Shown: one piece after another, positions 10,956 through 23,690 of the stretch | Numbering within the stretch: position 1 is the stretch's first letter | How the letters are laid out: the number at the start of each line of letters is the position of its first letter | NCBI GenBank assembly: GCA_002633005.1 | Contig: NMRA01000005.1 | Span: forward strand, 893,001-957,000 | DNA from: Phoronis australis | Lineage: Eukaryota; Animalia; Phoronida | Direction: 5' to 3' | Length of the DNA: 64,000 nucleotides | Position numbers and translations under genes: made by a program | The notes under the pieces: generated by a model | The model's database searches: none | Told to the model about the DNA's origin: nothing | What the model saw: the letters and a program-made list of their open reading frames with translations, nothing else

Positions 10956-11021
10956 TCATGAAGCTAGCTTACTAATGTCCTCATACTGTATCCCATCGAT
11001 TACACGGCCATTGAGCGGACC
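10956..11021 (-). CDS. KIN: KIN17 coding exon 9 (terminal)
   Basis: Acceptor TTTCTAG; GPLNGRVIDGIQYEDISKLAS*, the conserved KIN17 C-terminus (YEDISKL). Confidence 0.93.
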   Translation of the reverse strand, partial: GPLNGRVIDGIQYEDISKLAS

Positions 11022-11628
11022 CTAGAAAGAAATGAAGCGGTTTTCAATGCAATTTCAAACTTGGTTTAAAGCTGCAGGACGTTTTCAGTTCCTGCTTAAT
11101 AAACATGGACTAAAGAAATACGTTAGTAGATGTTTTGCAGGATGCGAAGCAACATAGATTTTCACCCCATTTCTCTTGATGTCATGAAGCTAGCCTTTTA
11201 CTACACAGCAGAAGCTCGGCTGCAATTTGTGAAACTTTGTGTTGGTTTCCCCTTCATACGGCTAGAGACCTAGTGTGAGGTTATGTAACATGATGGTGAT
11301 TTTGTCTCACTTTTCTGATAAGATTGGAAACCCACAAAGGTTCTCTCTGGCCAATGGACCTAAAATCCTCTTGTTTGTAGAATATCAGTTTTGACATTCA
11401 GTTGAAATTGAGAGATAACATGAACTGAAGAATTTCATACAACATAATTTGATGCCAATAAACAGTCCCACATTGAGGTTAACACTTTGCAATCAGAGTT
11501 CCCTGGCTAAATGACGCAAAGCACTCAGATAATGAAGGACAGACAGACAGCATTGTGAATCAAGATTGTGTCAGAGACGCACTAAATGCTAAGTGAGATT
11601 TTACGCCAAATGGTTGTAAAGAACGTAC

Positions 11629-11729
11629 CGCGCTTATCTTGACCTCACAACAAAACTTTTTCTCGTCGACTCTTGTAATCACTGCCTTCTCGCCTCTGTA
11701 ACCACCGTTCACAATGAGCACTGGCTTGC
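11629..11729 (-). CDS. KIN: KIN17 coding exon 8 (second KOW/SH3-like)
   Basis: (G)KPVLIVNGGYRGEKAVITRVDEKKFCCEVKISA; AG/GT boundaries, phases 1 and 0. Confidence 0.93.
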
Positions 11730-12908
11730 CTGCAAGAAATGACATATTTGTATTTACCCACAATGCCATGCATGCGTAAGGCACTTAGTCCACCAATAAA
11801 CTTTCCTAACATGGTATTTTCCATTAAGATTAAGTTCACATTTGACATTATGTTATTCTGATGTCAATTAAGTTTTACGGTGGGAGTTGCAATACAGGTA
11901 TTTAATTGTTAAAGGTTGAGTCCAAGCAAGCTCAATAGTGCGTTAATGGCCTACCTTTCAAAACCCCAATAAATTATGTCATTATGTTTCTGTTCAAGTA
12001 GTGGACGGTACAATAAAATGTTAGCGTTTTTAACGGGTTGTAAACTCACCGAGATTCAGTCGTTCACATTTTATTACTGGCTAGAATCAACATCTCGTCG
12101 CATAACTAGTTTCTCCCTTCTATACCAAAAGACTCAGTAGAATAAAAGTTATACCTATAAAAGCATCACGGAACTGGGTCAACGATGTTACCAGCCAGCT
12201 TCCTGAATATGAACTGGCGACTGCATCGCATTCATAATCCAAGAGTACATGATATGGTACCTGATGCCTTCTACGAAACTGTGGCACTAGAATGGACCTA
12301 TCATAAGCTCCGCTCCCTTGCGAAAAGATTGGTCATTTAAGCCATCACTCAAAATCCTGATGAAGATTGGCATCAACTCATCAAACGCTACATTCCCAGA
12401 AACACTTTTAAGGAAGTTTCAAATGTATCTTGAAATGGAGTAAAAAAATTTGAAGAAACCAAAATCTCTCGAAAAACACTGGCTGCTGAAACAACAATAA
12501 AGGACAAAATGGGCGCGGCTTTTGAGCATTAGAGAACATAATTAACTTCAGCTGGTGCAGCCCCACCCCCTAATATGCCTGGCACATTCACACCCCATGT
12601 GAGGGCGTGATGTAAAAAGGTTCGAGAACTAAACCTTGTAAAAAGTTGAATGCATCAGGTGCAATTTTATTGTGACAAAGTTCTCAGTACTTGTGCACCT
12701 AATGGGAGCTCACAATTGTTATGAAGATCCCCCTCCCCCAAGCTCCCCAGTTCCTGTAACCTTAATACCCATACCTGCACTTAGTAGGTTTCGGGTGAAG
12801 GCAGTCTTGACATTTATCATGAATTTTGCATACTGTCTAGTCCTGTGGGCACCATAGATGTATGTTTTACAGACACCCAAATTAGAATTTCGGTTAAAAA
12901 TAACATAC

Positions 12909-13131
12909 CTAAAGCAGGTATGACGGTCTCCAGGTGAGTTTGGTCAACCTTGAGCTTGTCACCGCTGTCAATCATCTTGATAACAGCTGTGTACCTGTCA
13001 ATCACTTCGTGTACCACCGCCTTTCTCTTGTGGTATTTGTCGCCAAGTCGTTTTGTGACCACCTTGACGACGATGTCAGGATACAGCCAGTAGTCTTTGC
13101 GCTGGACTTTCTCTTTTTTCTTCTCTTCAAA
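12909..13131 (-). CDS. KIN: KIN17 coding exon 7 (first KOW/SH3-like)
   Basis: FEEKKKEKVQRKDYWLYPDIVVKVVTKRLGDKYHKRKAVV...KLKVDQTHLETVIPAL-G; canonical splice sites. Confidence 0.95.
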
Positions 13132-13874
13132 CTAAAACACAACCCTACAGAACTGGAGTGGGATCACCATACGGCCATTCTCCGATACAGTAGCAACATG
13201 AGGAAAAAGAATCTCTCTAGCTAGATGGTGGTATGAGAACTTTAAGGGCAAATTTCAGCACTACCTACAGGTCACTTGTGTCTAGGATGAAGGTTTAGTG
13301 CAATCATAGACTATAGTACATGGACCGCCAACTCCGTATATTTTCAGTGGAGGAAATCTGTGATCTTACGTATAAGCCGTGACGTTATTCACTAGCGACA
13401 AATGGCAAAATTAGCAAGTTTTACTTCCAGCAAGTACGTCGTCTGCTAATCATGGTCGGCTGTTATGTGGTCAGGTGCCAAAGGCACTTACGATACCAAC
13501 AGTTCTACTGTTGGAAGACTTTGAACAGCGTTTTAATGCCAAATTTTATTTTTCGTTGTACTGGAGAGTAAAATAGATGCGAGAATTTCCCGTCACAATA
13601 CACTAACCGGAAACTGAAATTGGTAATTTAGGACAGTGGCACCTCCTCTAGGATAGTGCGCAAGAAAACGGAGTTGCAAATCTGTTGTCTGTAATCCATG
13701 GTACAACCAGATTTTACATTTTTATAATTTCTGAATGATCATCATTCGGTCAAACTATGTGGCATTGTGGAATAACAAATGCATGGAACGATTGTTTCAC
13801 AAGCACCACCTAACCCAGTGAATTTAAAGTTTCTCAATCATGTAAGTAGCTAGCAACGCCACCTACTGACTCAC

Positions 13875-13992
13875 CTCCATAATTTCATCTAAGGCTGACT
13901 TGCGTTTCTGACCTACAATTGGTTTTTGATTGACAAGAGTGGGTGTGTCTTTCTTCTTAGATGCCAATGGATTGGATGAGGTGGGAATCAAT
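13875..13992 (-). CDS. KIN: KIN17 coding exon 6
   Basis: LIPTSSNPLASKKKDTPTLVNQKPIVGQKRKSALDEIME; conserved KSALDEIM; TTGTAG acceptor, GTGAGT donor. Confidence 0.9.
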
Positions 13993-15105
13993 CTACAAGT
14001 AAAAGGTCATTTTTGATTTGTTTCGGACTCCAGTTATCCAATGCACTCCTTCAAAACAAAACGTTACATAAGATTTTCTTTGTGTAGTTACTTAATTTCT
14101 TTACTCAAAAATTGAAAGTTAGCATGCAGGCACTGGCAGCTGTAACATTGTCAGAATTTTTCCAAGATTTTATGGTACAAGATTAAACCGGAAAATTCAA
14201 AGTGACAGTCTATTGTCTGACTTTGGTATCCAAGATGTTGCCATCTGTACGATTCAATATGGTGCAACAAACCACAGGGCAACAACTTTCAATTTTACTG
14301 TATTGCCTCGCCTTTACGCCATATCTGAATGAATGCCTTTTTTCGTAGCCTTTTCTACCCAAGTGGGTTACATTGGCACATGTGCATAAGTTTCCCTTAT
14401 AAGCCCAGGTAATGTCCTCTGCATACACTCGTACATTGATTCGCAAATAGGCGCGTCTGTTTTGACTACCGCTGTGCCTTTTAATGGCAATTTTTTTTAA
14501 TTTGCCACTGTATATTTGGAGTTCCTCGGCATGTTTTCAAGAAATTTGGTAAACAGTTTTGTATTACCATTTGAGGAACATTTAGCCCATGGGCCTATAT
14601 CCGAAATTTTAATGCCTTTTCACGCTTTCTAAATGTAATCTCAATTCCTCGAAATATTCGTCTTTGAAATTTCGCTTTTGACATAGTTTCAAAAGCAGAT
14701 ATCGTACAATGCAAATCCAAGTAAGTGCACTTATCATTAGTTAGTTCTTCACAAAGCATCATACACACGTACTCAGGATACCTCTTTTTTGCCAGATCTT
14801 GAGTTCTCAACTATTTCCTTTACTTTCCATTTTTTCTGCCTCGACCTTCGTTGATAATTTTAAAGAGGCTTTTAACTTTAGTATGTTTTGTTTGAAGCGA
14901 AATAAGTGCAGCTTAAATTTTGTAACATTTGCCAACTTGTACATAGTGATTTTTAAGCCCTGAAAGTGCGTACAATACCGTACAGATAAATCAAAAACAG
15001 CAGCCCTGAAAGCACTACATATATTCTCTACGCCAAAAAACAAAATTCCTCACTTCAATTCTGCTTCACCATCACTATGAATTAATTAACATATTTAACA
15101 CATAC

Positions 15106-15160
15106 TTTGGCTTTGTCACATCTTCTTGCTTTTTCACCACGGCACCAAAATTGAGCTTGA
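15106..15160 (-). CDS. KIN: KIN17 coding exon 5
   Basis: (V)KLNFGAVVKKQEDVTKP; 55 nt bridging phase 1 to phase 2 as the neighbouring exons require; TTTCAG / GTATGT. Confidence 0.82.
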
Positions 15161-16708
15161 CTGAAATGAAAATAAAACATATAAATAACTACATAGAATA
15201 AGAACACGTCCGACTGTTGTGATCAATGCATCACATCAGGTCAATTTAAAATGCATTATACGTAACTTCCTATGCCAAACACACACAAAAGCATTTTGGA
15301 CACTCGTAGTTTAAGCTGCATATTCCCCGTTTAGATAGCTGAAAACAAAAAATTGACTTGCGCCTTATACTCTCATGAAATTGGTCTCATAATATTCCTC
15401 ACTCTGATAGGATTCCATTTCCATAACCAACAAGAACATCAAAACCATCAGCAATTCAAGAAAAAAAAACACTTCAGACTTTAATGTGGTTGGCCAATCC
15501 TAATATTGTGGATTTGACAATGGCACATGTACTGTGACTTGAGTTGTCCCCTCATTTCACAATAAGTCAAGATCCAATGAGCATGCTAATGGTTTGAATC
15601 CCAAAGCACTTTGTTACAAATTCAACATTGACAGCTTAAGTGGGGTGAAATACTGTGTTAAAGACACCTTAGGTGGGACAGGCCTCCACAACAATCTGCT
15701 ATTAAAAGAGCAAGTAGCGATATTTGATAATGCTCTGGTAGAGAATCAAAATAAATATCTATATTCTGTCACCATTTTCAGAGTTTTACCATGCCTAAAT
15801 ATACACAGTTTACAATTTCAACCCTAAGCTCAGTGTGATTAGAGTCCTGAGCCGTTACACTACAACACATTCAAGCAGGTCATTTGGTTGCTTTTGCTTT
15901 TTCTACATGCATTCGCTTCAAATGGAAAAACAAGTAACAGTGCTTAAGCAAGTTTTGAAACCACATGATTTACACACACTGAGTAAAGAAAATCTCAGGT
16001 AGACTTTCTTTTGTAAAAAAAACATACCACCAACTTGATTTCCACAAAATGGAGACCAGAACCAACTATGCGCTTTTGGCCTAACAATAAATGAAAGGCA
16101 CGAGACAAAAACATACATTCAAAATAAATAAAAATAAATACTTATACCAACAAATAAATCAAAAAAGCAGAAATAATTAACTGAAACGCTGCACAGGATA
16201 AAACGAAAGGCGTACAGAAATTCTCCACTTATTTTTCATACAAACAATTGCCCATATTTTTAATTCCTCAAATTTACATTGCTACAGATAGTGGAAACTT
16301 CACCAAATGTTGTTTCACGGCATTGAAAAAGAACGAACAAAGCTAGTAATAGACAAAAATTTTCTTAATCTTTAGTTTTGTGAAGAAATATAACAAATTA
16401 GAATTTCACTTGCCAACCATGTTGTGTGCTAAATAAGAAAAGAACTGCTATGCACTAAGTAGGAAATGAATTTAAAATGAAACGAATAATGAAACGAGTA
16501 TAAGTAAAATAAAAAAGATAAGAACATGTGACAATGGATGTTGCAGACAGTAATCATCAAAAAGTATAACGTACAACCTAATTAAGAGAAGAATGGTATC
16601 ATAGTCTACATTCAATTTGATAAGTGACAGTTTTAAAAAACAAAGGATATTCTTCAAAGAAGTCAAACACCAGTAAATACTCTAGATAATTACGGAAAAC
16701 ACGCCCAC

Positions 16709-16942
16709 CTTTTTCGTCCTCGGTCTCCCTCTTCAACTCCGTGTAATCCGCCTGCGGTGCACCACGTGTCGTCTCAGCACCACGCCTCACTTGTTCCTCG
16801 ATGTAGCGTGCCGTGCGTTCCTCGTCATCCAAATCCATCTTTTCCTTATTTTTCACAGCTTCCTGTTTCCTGATCGTCTCAGGGTCGCGGTCAATGTATT
16901 GAATGAACCAACCCTTTTCGGTCTCATCAACGACACATTTGC
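16709..16942 (-). CDS. KIN: KIN17 coding exon 4
   Basis: (G)KCVVDETEKGWFIQYIDRDPETIRKQE...DDEERTARYIEEQVRRG...YTELKRETEDEK. Confidence 0.95.
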
Positions 16943-17327
16943 CTAAATATACACAATCACGGTGTTAATATCATGTCTAGATCAGTCCAAGTAAGGGTCA
17001 GCTGTTCAGTGCCTTGGCTTCTAGCCCTGACCCACTATTTATTTTGTTAGGAAATTGTCAGAATATTACCCACAATTAACAGTCAAGACTGGGTTCAATT
17101 CAAATGCTTGGTTATATAAAGTAGTCTTACTGATGAAAGAGTTAATCAGCTGATCGAAGCAAAACTCACGAATTACATACACTTGGGTAGAAATAGAAAA
17201 ACTATGCATATTTGTGCACGAGCAATACACATGTGTATGCATGAATGGCCGCTTGACACCGATAACTTTGCACCGTGCCAGATGCACCGTGTCAAAAGTC
17301 TAAACCCCACTTAAGAGACTGACTAAC

Positions 17328-17494
17328 CTTCCCGGCCGAGGTACTTAACAAACTCCGTCAGAGTTTCCCACTGGGTGGCGTTCATGTGCAGATGTTCTTT
17401 AAAGCTGATGTACTCCTGGTACACAATGTTGGCGTGCACGCGTTTGGTGCCGAACCGACGACGCAGCAGCTCCATATAACCATCCTCAAACTCT
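17328..17494 (-). CDS. KIN: KIN17 coding exon 3 (winged-helix region)
   Basis: EFEDGYMELLRRRFGTKRVHANIVYQEYISFKEHLHMNATQWETLTEFVKYLGRE-G. Confidence 0.95.
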
Positions 17495-17699
17495 CTGGAA
17501 GTGAAGATAAAATTGTGAGCATCAGAGATGAATAGATTTCAACAGAAGTTTAAGTCACATAAAATTCAGTGGCAACACTCGCACTCAAAAGTTTTATTAG
17601 CGTTCTTGTTTAGTAAGACCTCAACTAAAAAATGGTTCTGCGAGTCGGAAAGAATGAGGAACAAAACAATGTTCAACGAGTGTGACTAATACTCACGCT

Positions 17700-17850
17700 G
17701 TAACAGCTTTCAGGGGCACCGAGGGGTACTCTAACCAAACGTGGCCAGTGCTAACATCCCCTCCCTAAGGAGGTACATCACCAGGAGCCCCCGGTGCAAT
17801 AGCTCAAGCCATAGAATTGAACTCTTGGACACATGACCTCGCAGGTTCAG
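17700..17850 (-). mobile_element. SINE-like fragment in KIN17 intron 2
   Basis: B-box-like GAGTTCAATTC on - strand followed by a GC-richer body (CCTCCTTAGGGAGGGGATGTTAGC). Confidence 0.35.
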
Positions 17851-17909
17851 TATGTGTCAAATGCTTCCATAAAATAACAGTAGACCAATGATACATGCAA
17901 GTCACTCAC

Positions 17910-18004
17910 TTGGAGAACGAGTCAATGAACTTGTCAGGACTTTCAGCAAATATAAGCAGTTGCCTCTGGTGAGACTCTGACATTGTGTGACACTTGAAGC
18001 CATT
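17910..18004 (-). CDS. KIN: KIN17 coding exon 2 (zinc finger, second half)
   Basis: NGFKCHTMSESHQRQLLIFAESPDKFIDSFS; TTTCAG / GTGAGT. Confidence 0.95.
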
Positions 18005-18399
18005 CTGAAAGGGAAAAAATCTTAACAATGAGTATAAATATCTAGCTATGAAAATTTACTTTCCCCTAGTGAATCTTACTTGGAAACTTTGGAAAGCAAA
18101 TGAAACGAGTTATTAAATACAAGAAAAGAAAAACTTAAATGACATATTTTTCTTTGAACAACGAACTGGATTGAAAACGAGATCATCCAACAAAATATTT
18201 TTGCAAATTGGAATCCAAACATTACTACACCAAACTCGTTTTTAATATTGAATTGGATTCCAAACACATAATAACAGACCAAAAAAGAAATACTTAAAGA
18301 AACAGCAAATTTTTATAAGCTGCTGTATATTAAGAAAAGTGTTAATTTTGATATTAAACAAAAATTACAAGAATTTCTTTTTTCTGTCTCATTTTATAA

Positions 18400-19340
18400 A
18401 TGGCAAATTAATGAATGTACATGACTTATATATGACATCATGAAGTACGCTGAAAACCAACAAATATCAGGACTCCTTCTGCAAATTGATTTTGAAAAGG
18501 AATCCTTCAAGTAGTGGATATGTACATTTTACAATAACCCAGTCGCACATGTAACTTGAAATGGCTTTTTGGTTTTAAAGGGTTTAATCACTGAAGGCAC
18601 AGAGTATAAAATCACTCGGTATGCAAACGATGCGTTTATTTTAGACAGTTCTCTGGGTTCGTTGGCAGAGATGATGAAGGTATTGGATTTCCATCACTAT
18701 GCAAATATTTCTGGCTTGGAAAATTAATCATTCCTAAACAAATGCTATCTGGATAGGGAGTAAAAACTTTTCTAAAGAGGTCTATCAACATAGACGTTGG
18801 AAATTAAAATGGGGTTTACAATGTTTCAGCTCCTGGGATTGAATTTTAATGTTAATTTAGACAACATGCTAAATGATAACTTTGAATGAAAACTCTTGAA
18901 AATTAAAAAGTAGTTGAAAACATGATCTAAAAGAAAACTCACTATATTTGATAAAGTGACACGTTATAAAATACTTATTTCAAACATTATCCATCTATTA
19001 TCTGCATTATCTAGTCCATCTCTAACATTTTTAAATAAAGTAAACGATTTGTCTTTCAAATGTATTTGGAATAACAAACCCAAGATTAAGGGAGCCATAC
19101 TTACAAAAGGCATGGAAGAAAGTGGTGTTAAGATGAAACATTTTAATGTAGCTCTTAAACTTTCTTGGATAAGGACACTTTTTATTTCTCAATCCAAAAC
19201 ATGTTATTATTTCAACTGGCAATTATTTTTTCAAATGGCTTTCCATGTTGTGAGTTTTTCATGTCAAAATGCTTCTGCAAAACTAGTTGAAACTGGTCAA
19301 GCTAACTAATATTAAATGATTGGAAGCCTTTGGACAATAC
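18400..19340 (+). mobile_element. Decayed L1/Tx1-type LINE reverse transcriptase fragment in KIN17 intron 1 (antisense to KIN17)
   Basis: LIYDIMKYAENQQISGLLLQIDFEK (DFEKAFD motif), YKITRYAND (decayed YADD), NISGL, IWIGSK, FKCIWNNKPKIK...ESGVKM...ALKLSWIRTL; several stops and frameshifts. Confidence 0.8.
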
Positions 19341-20407
19341 TTGTTGAGGCGGAGTTTGGTATCACAGAGAATGAAATTTTAAAACACAGATTTTTTTGAT
19401 AGACAAAGCCAAACAGTAACCACTGTCAGAGCCAACATTCAACATATCAAGTGCACATTCAACTGCAAAGAAACCATACAAAAGACCAGCCAAACACAAT
19501 GGCACATAAACAGCTAGCAGACAAGACTAAATGACAGTGCGGTCCCTAAGGTTGAATACAAGTATCGCGTTACATATTACACTCCTGAATAAATGAAGTT
19601 GATTGAAAAAATAGTCAACCAAGAAATGTTAACGGTGAGTGAACAATGAGGCCAATGTTGATAAATGTCAGAGTCAGGTGCGTTGGTTGAGATTCTATTT
19701 ACATCGAATTAAAAGTACAATAGCAAAGGCTTGTACAAATTCCGGAGGTGCTCTGATACATAGACTAAAGGGGAGGGGCATTCCATGAGCAATTTGATGG
19801 TGAAAAACAGTAAGTACAATTTTGTCATCACTTTGTAGCCTTGTTGAGTGTTGTTTAAGCGATGCTCAACATGTGCGTTCATATTCTAATTCATCACCAG
19901 TTTAAAATAGCTGCAACAACTGTCTGGTAAAATTGATACTAAGCAAAGACATGAATACCAGGGCATTCCCAAGGAAGTAATATCCAGACTTCGGAGCTGC
20001 ATGAGTGGCAGAGTCCTGTATTATGGGTAAGGTGGTGTCGCGACACTTTCAGAGTCCAGATCAAAACAATAACTGGAGCGCACAACCGTCAAGGTGGTAC
20101 CCAACTTAATACTAAGTAACCCAGTAGCTTTGCCCAAGACAAACTAATTTTACTAACCTCCCTAGCTTCCACTTCCATCTCCATGGCAACCCGAAAAGAC
20201 ACCGCCGTTGCCACAAAGCTAAAAATACTGGCACAAGACTACACTGAATAGATCATTAAGCATGCTCAAGATGGCACCAGAGAGCAGAAAATGCCTGAAT
20301 GGGCAAAACACACAACATCCACTTGGCAGCATATCCACACAAGAACTTCCCATGGGGGAACCCCAGGGGAGAGAGTGAAGTGGACAGTATCTGTCCTTAC
20401 GCCTCAC

Positions 20408-20527
20408 CTCATCTCGACACTGTTTTTGACACATCTGGCAGTACCAACGCAGTTTCTGGAGACCCTTGCTCTTGATGCGGTTGGCAATCGCCTTCGGCGT
20501 CAAAAATCCTGCCTTCTCTTTCCCCAT
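20408..20527 (-). CDS. KIN: KIN17 coding exon 1 (zinc finger, first half)
   Basis: MGKEKAGFLTPKAIANRIKSKGLQKLRWYCQMCQKQCRDE, donor GTGAGG; the nine exons sum to 1179 nt = 392 aa + stop. Confidence 0.97.
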
Positions 20528-21306
20528 GTCGACAGTCTATCACCAAAGGTGAAGGCTGAAAGCAAACAACCTCTGATCACAATAAGTGCTGAGACTGAAA
20601 ATGTACTTCTTCATTCTTTGGAAAAAGTACTTGGGATACACAATGTTTTTGTGCATGGCACAACTGTGATTCCTTCTCATCTGTCTTGCTTCAGGATTTC
20701 TCAAGAATGTTATAGACGAAGAAATGAGTCACAAAATCTACATTGACTTTTTATAGAATGTGTTATGGGTTTATACAGAACGTTTATGACCGCACAGTCA
20801 AAATCGAGACCAATGCAATACTCAGTAATCGGAGGAAACAGGTACGCAAAGCCATGGCATATATAAAATCTTTACAGCTGAGAAAAATATCTATTCCTGA
20901 TTGCTTTTTTTCTGGGGAAGTTTTCAAGCTCAACAGTTGGACTACGCTGACCAAAAAGTGGACCAAGCTGGTATTCTACAGAATGCAAATACAGTCTTAA
21001 TTCCCATAGACAAGCTTCATTGAGGGAACCATAAAGAATCACTGAGGAAAGTAAGCACTTTAATAAGTATGCAGCACAGTGGATTTTTGATGAGGTGAAA
21101 ACTTCTTGAGTGCTGCAATTGGAATATCGCCTTTTAAAATATATGGAACTGAGATGCGTACACAGCATGGCGGGGAATATTGTAGCTCCTATTGCCTGAT
21201 TAGCAGGGGGGCTACTTGATGCTGAACTGTAGGCGATTGATAGACTAACCACAACTATTAACAAAGTTGTGGCAAACTAAAAAATGAAACTTCAATTAAA
21301 TTGCCA

Positions 21307-21470
21307 AATGGGCGGAACCAGGATGTTTTAAAACGGGGGTTAGATCAAGGCTTTTTTTAAAAAGGGGGTTCCAAGTCAACAATTTGAAAATTCTAGATCT
21401 GATATCGCTAAAATCAAAGGAACAAGGTGGGGTTTGGAGCCGTTTGACCCCACCACTGGATCGCACTATG
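21307..21470. mobile_element. Degenerate hAT-like MITE
   Basis: ATGGGCGGAACCAGG...GGGGG ... CCCCACCACTGGATCGCACTATG; no TSD recognised. Confidence 0.4.
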
Positions 21471-22219
21471 CACATTATTCACTAGTGGTGTTTAGATCGT
21501 AAGTCATGCACAGCCACTAGTAGCAACTAGTACTAGTGCCAACTGAAACCTATGAGACATGTGTCCAACGCAAGTCACCGGTAGTCTCAACTTCACAAGT
21601 AGCCTTGGTACAAAGCAGCATACAGCAAAACAAAATCATGCAGCACTAAGTTGATGTCATTGTAAACAACACGCTTCCTTGAACAGCTAGTTTGGTTACC
21701 GGCACTAAAAGAATGCCGTTCATCCATTGTTCTGCAGTTAAGTTTGTGGAGAGATCACATGCAGTAACTCTGAGCGCCATGAAATTTCCAGCACTATCAG
21801 TTATGCAAGCCAATTTCTATTTTTTGCCAAATCTTGAATCCATTATTCTTATTTTACAAAGTTGTGCACAATTCACAACAAATTAACGGAAGTGGAGATG
21901 CACTTCGTTGGTAGTTTTGAGTTTTTTATTTACCAGCAAACGTAGATCTGAGGAAAGTTTTGCCGAAGTAGTCATCTCCCAAAAGATGTCATTACCAAAT
22001 CAAAATCGAGCAAATGACTCGTGAGCAAGTCATTAACGTACTGTTTTGAAATCGACGTCTGACTTTTCTGCGCTATAAAAGCAGCAGAGTGATGAAAGAA
22101 AATGACTTTTGTGAGACTGGTTCTTTTAAACGGCTGTAACAGACACGGTGTCATTTGAATGTCAGAGTTGCAAAAACTTGCGCACAGTTGGGCATGCTAC
22201 ACTTTGATGTTAGTCTTGT

Positions 22220-22745
22220 TGCAAGCAGACGGCGGCACATTCTAATCAATCCTATATGCCAGAAGATGTTTTTGCAAATTATGTCTAAGCCTGTCTAAAC
22301 TATAACAGTCACGCTAATTTTTGTACCAATCAAATGTAGATGGTCACCTTTGGAGTCAGTTTGAGTCTTCTGAATAAACTCTCTTACAATCAACATTTTT
22401 TTCAAATAGTCCTTCTTTACATTACCGAAACTGAAAATTGAATGCCATTACAGGGTGACCCGTGCTGCCCCCTCTCAGCGTGGTTTGACCTTGAGCACAT
22501 TAACTGTAATGGAGTTTTAATTTCTCTGACGGAATAAAGGACTGCTGAGAAAAAAATTTCATATTGCAAGAGCACTTGTTTGAGCTAGAAGGATGGTCTC
22601 CAACTGCCTAAAATGTGCCCACCAACACTTGAAAGGTACACAACAGTAATAGTAACCTCACTATGATAGTCTAGCCAGGGTTAAACCGTGTAACTTGCAA
22701 AATATCTTCTGGTTGAGCTATTAATTTGGATGTGGCAGTCTACAC
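22220..22745. repeat. Long degenerate palindrome (old foldback element)
   Basis: CCAGAAGATGTTTTTGCAA vs TTGCAAAATATCTTCTGG; AGTCCTT vs AAGGACT; CCATTACAG vs CTGTAATGG, symmetric about ~22478. Confidence 0.6.
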
Positions 22746-22796
22746 AGATGCACGGCAGCTTATTTCTGTCTTTCCCCCACCTCCTGTATACACCAT

Positions 22797-22957
22797 AAGC
22801 CTGGCGAGGTTCGTAATCTCAACACTAAAGGACAGGTTTGTCAATCGTGGTTTGCTGTTGCTTGACCTTAGTCAGGGGTCATGACCCCAAGCGAAGGTCA
22901 AGCAGCAACCTATCAGGCACATCATGTAGTAGTAAGATTGGGAACCTCGCCTGACTT
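22797..22957. repeat. Palindromic MITE/hairpin
   Basis: Centre GGGGTCATGACCCC, arms TTGCTGTTGCTTGACCTT / AAGGTCAAGCAGCAA and GGCGAGGTTC.TAATCT / AGATTGGGAACCTCGCC. Confidence 0.7.
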
Positions 22958-23589
22958 CCGGCAGTTTTATGTATAGTGACGTGCTCCCTTCTTTATTGAT
23001 GGCGGTATATACATATAGACAGACCACCGTCTGAACTAGGCCAGCACAGATATGACATCATCTCGCCTGACGCGAGCAATGTAAAAATGCCCAGTTCCCA
23101 ATACAGGCAAGTGAATGAAGGGTTGTTCGAAAAAAAATTTGATTACAGGAGTACTTGTTCAAGTTGGAAGGAATTAGACATCAACGGCTTCTTAAGGTGT
23201 CACTCAATGCGCATGAGGTACTTATAGCAACATGACTTTGATGGTTTAATAGTGAGGCATTATTCGTCAAAAAGCTTCCCGTGTATGGACCGTCTCTACT
23301 GCGGCCATTCGAGACAGTGGCACTGTCTTCATTAAGTCATTAGAGAGTGCCATCATCTAGTGTATACTACTACTACTTTGCACAAGAGGTGTGTTCTACA
23401 GACGGGAGACTTGTCTATATTGCGAGAGGACAGCAAACAGAGTTGCAGAGAACTGAAAACTTTTTACCCACACCATTCACTAGCTGCGTTCAGTCATACA
23501 CTGTTCAGTTGCTTGTTACTTCTGAAGCTGTTTAGTCAATCAAGTATGTCAGGCATTATATCCCAAAAAGCTTCCGGTGCACAGCGGCC

Positions 23590-23642
23590 CTATGGCTATG
23601 TCTATGGCTATGTCTATGGCTATGTCTATGGCTATGTCTATG
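23590..23642. repeat. 12-bp tandem repeat (CTATGGCTATGT)n, ~4.5 copies
   Basis: Direct reading. Confidence 0.9.
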
Positions 23643-23690
23643 AGATGACAACCTTATGTACCAGCACAGGCATCCTCAACTTTTGATCAT

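Noticed and set aside
12357-12392. CCTGATGAAG...CAAAC resembling a Penelope-type minimal hammerhead
   Set aside because: GAAA box missing and no convincing stems.
20291-20746. 151-aa plus-strand ORF
   Set aside because: Antisense shadow of KIN17 exon 1 with no recognisable domain.
23360-23686. ORF with YGYV repeats
   Set aside because: By-product of a 12-bp tandem repeat.
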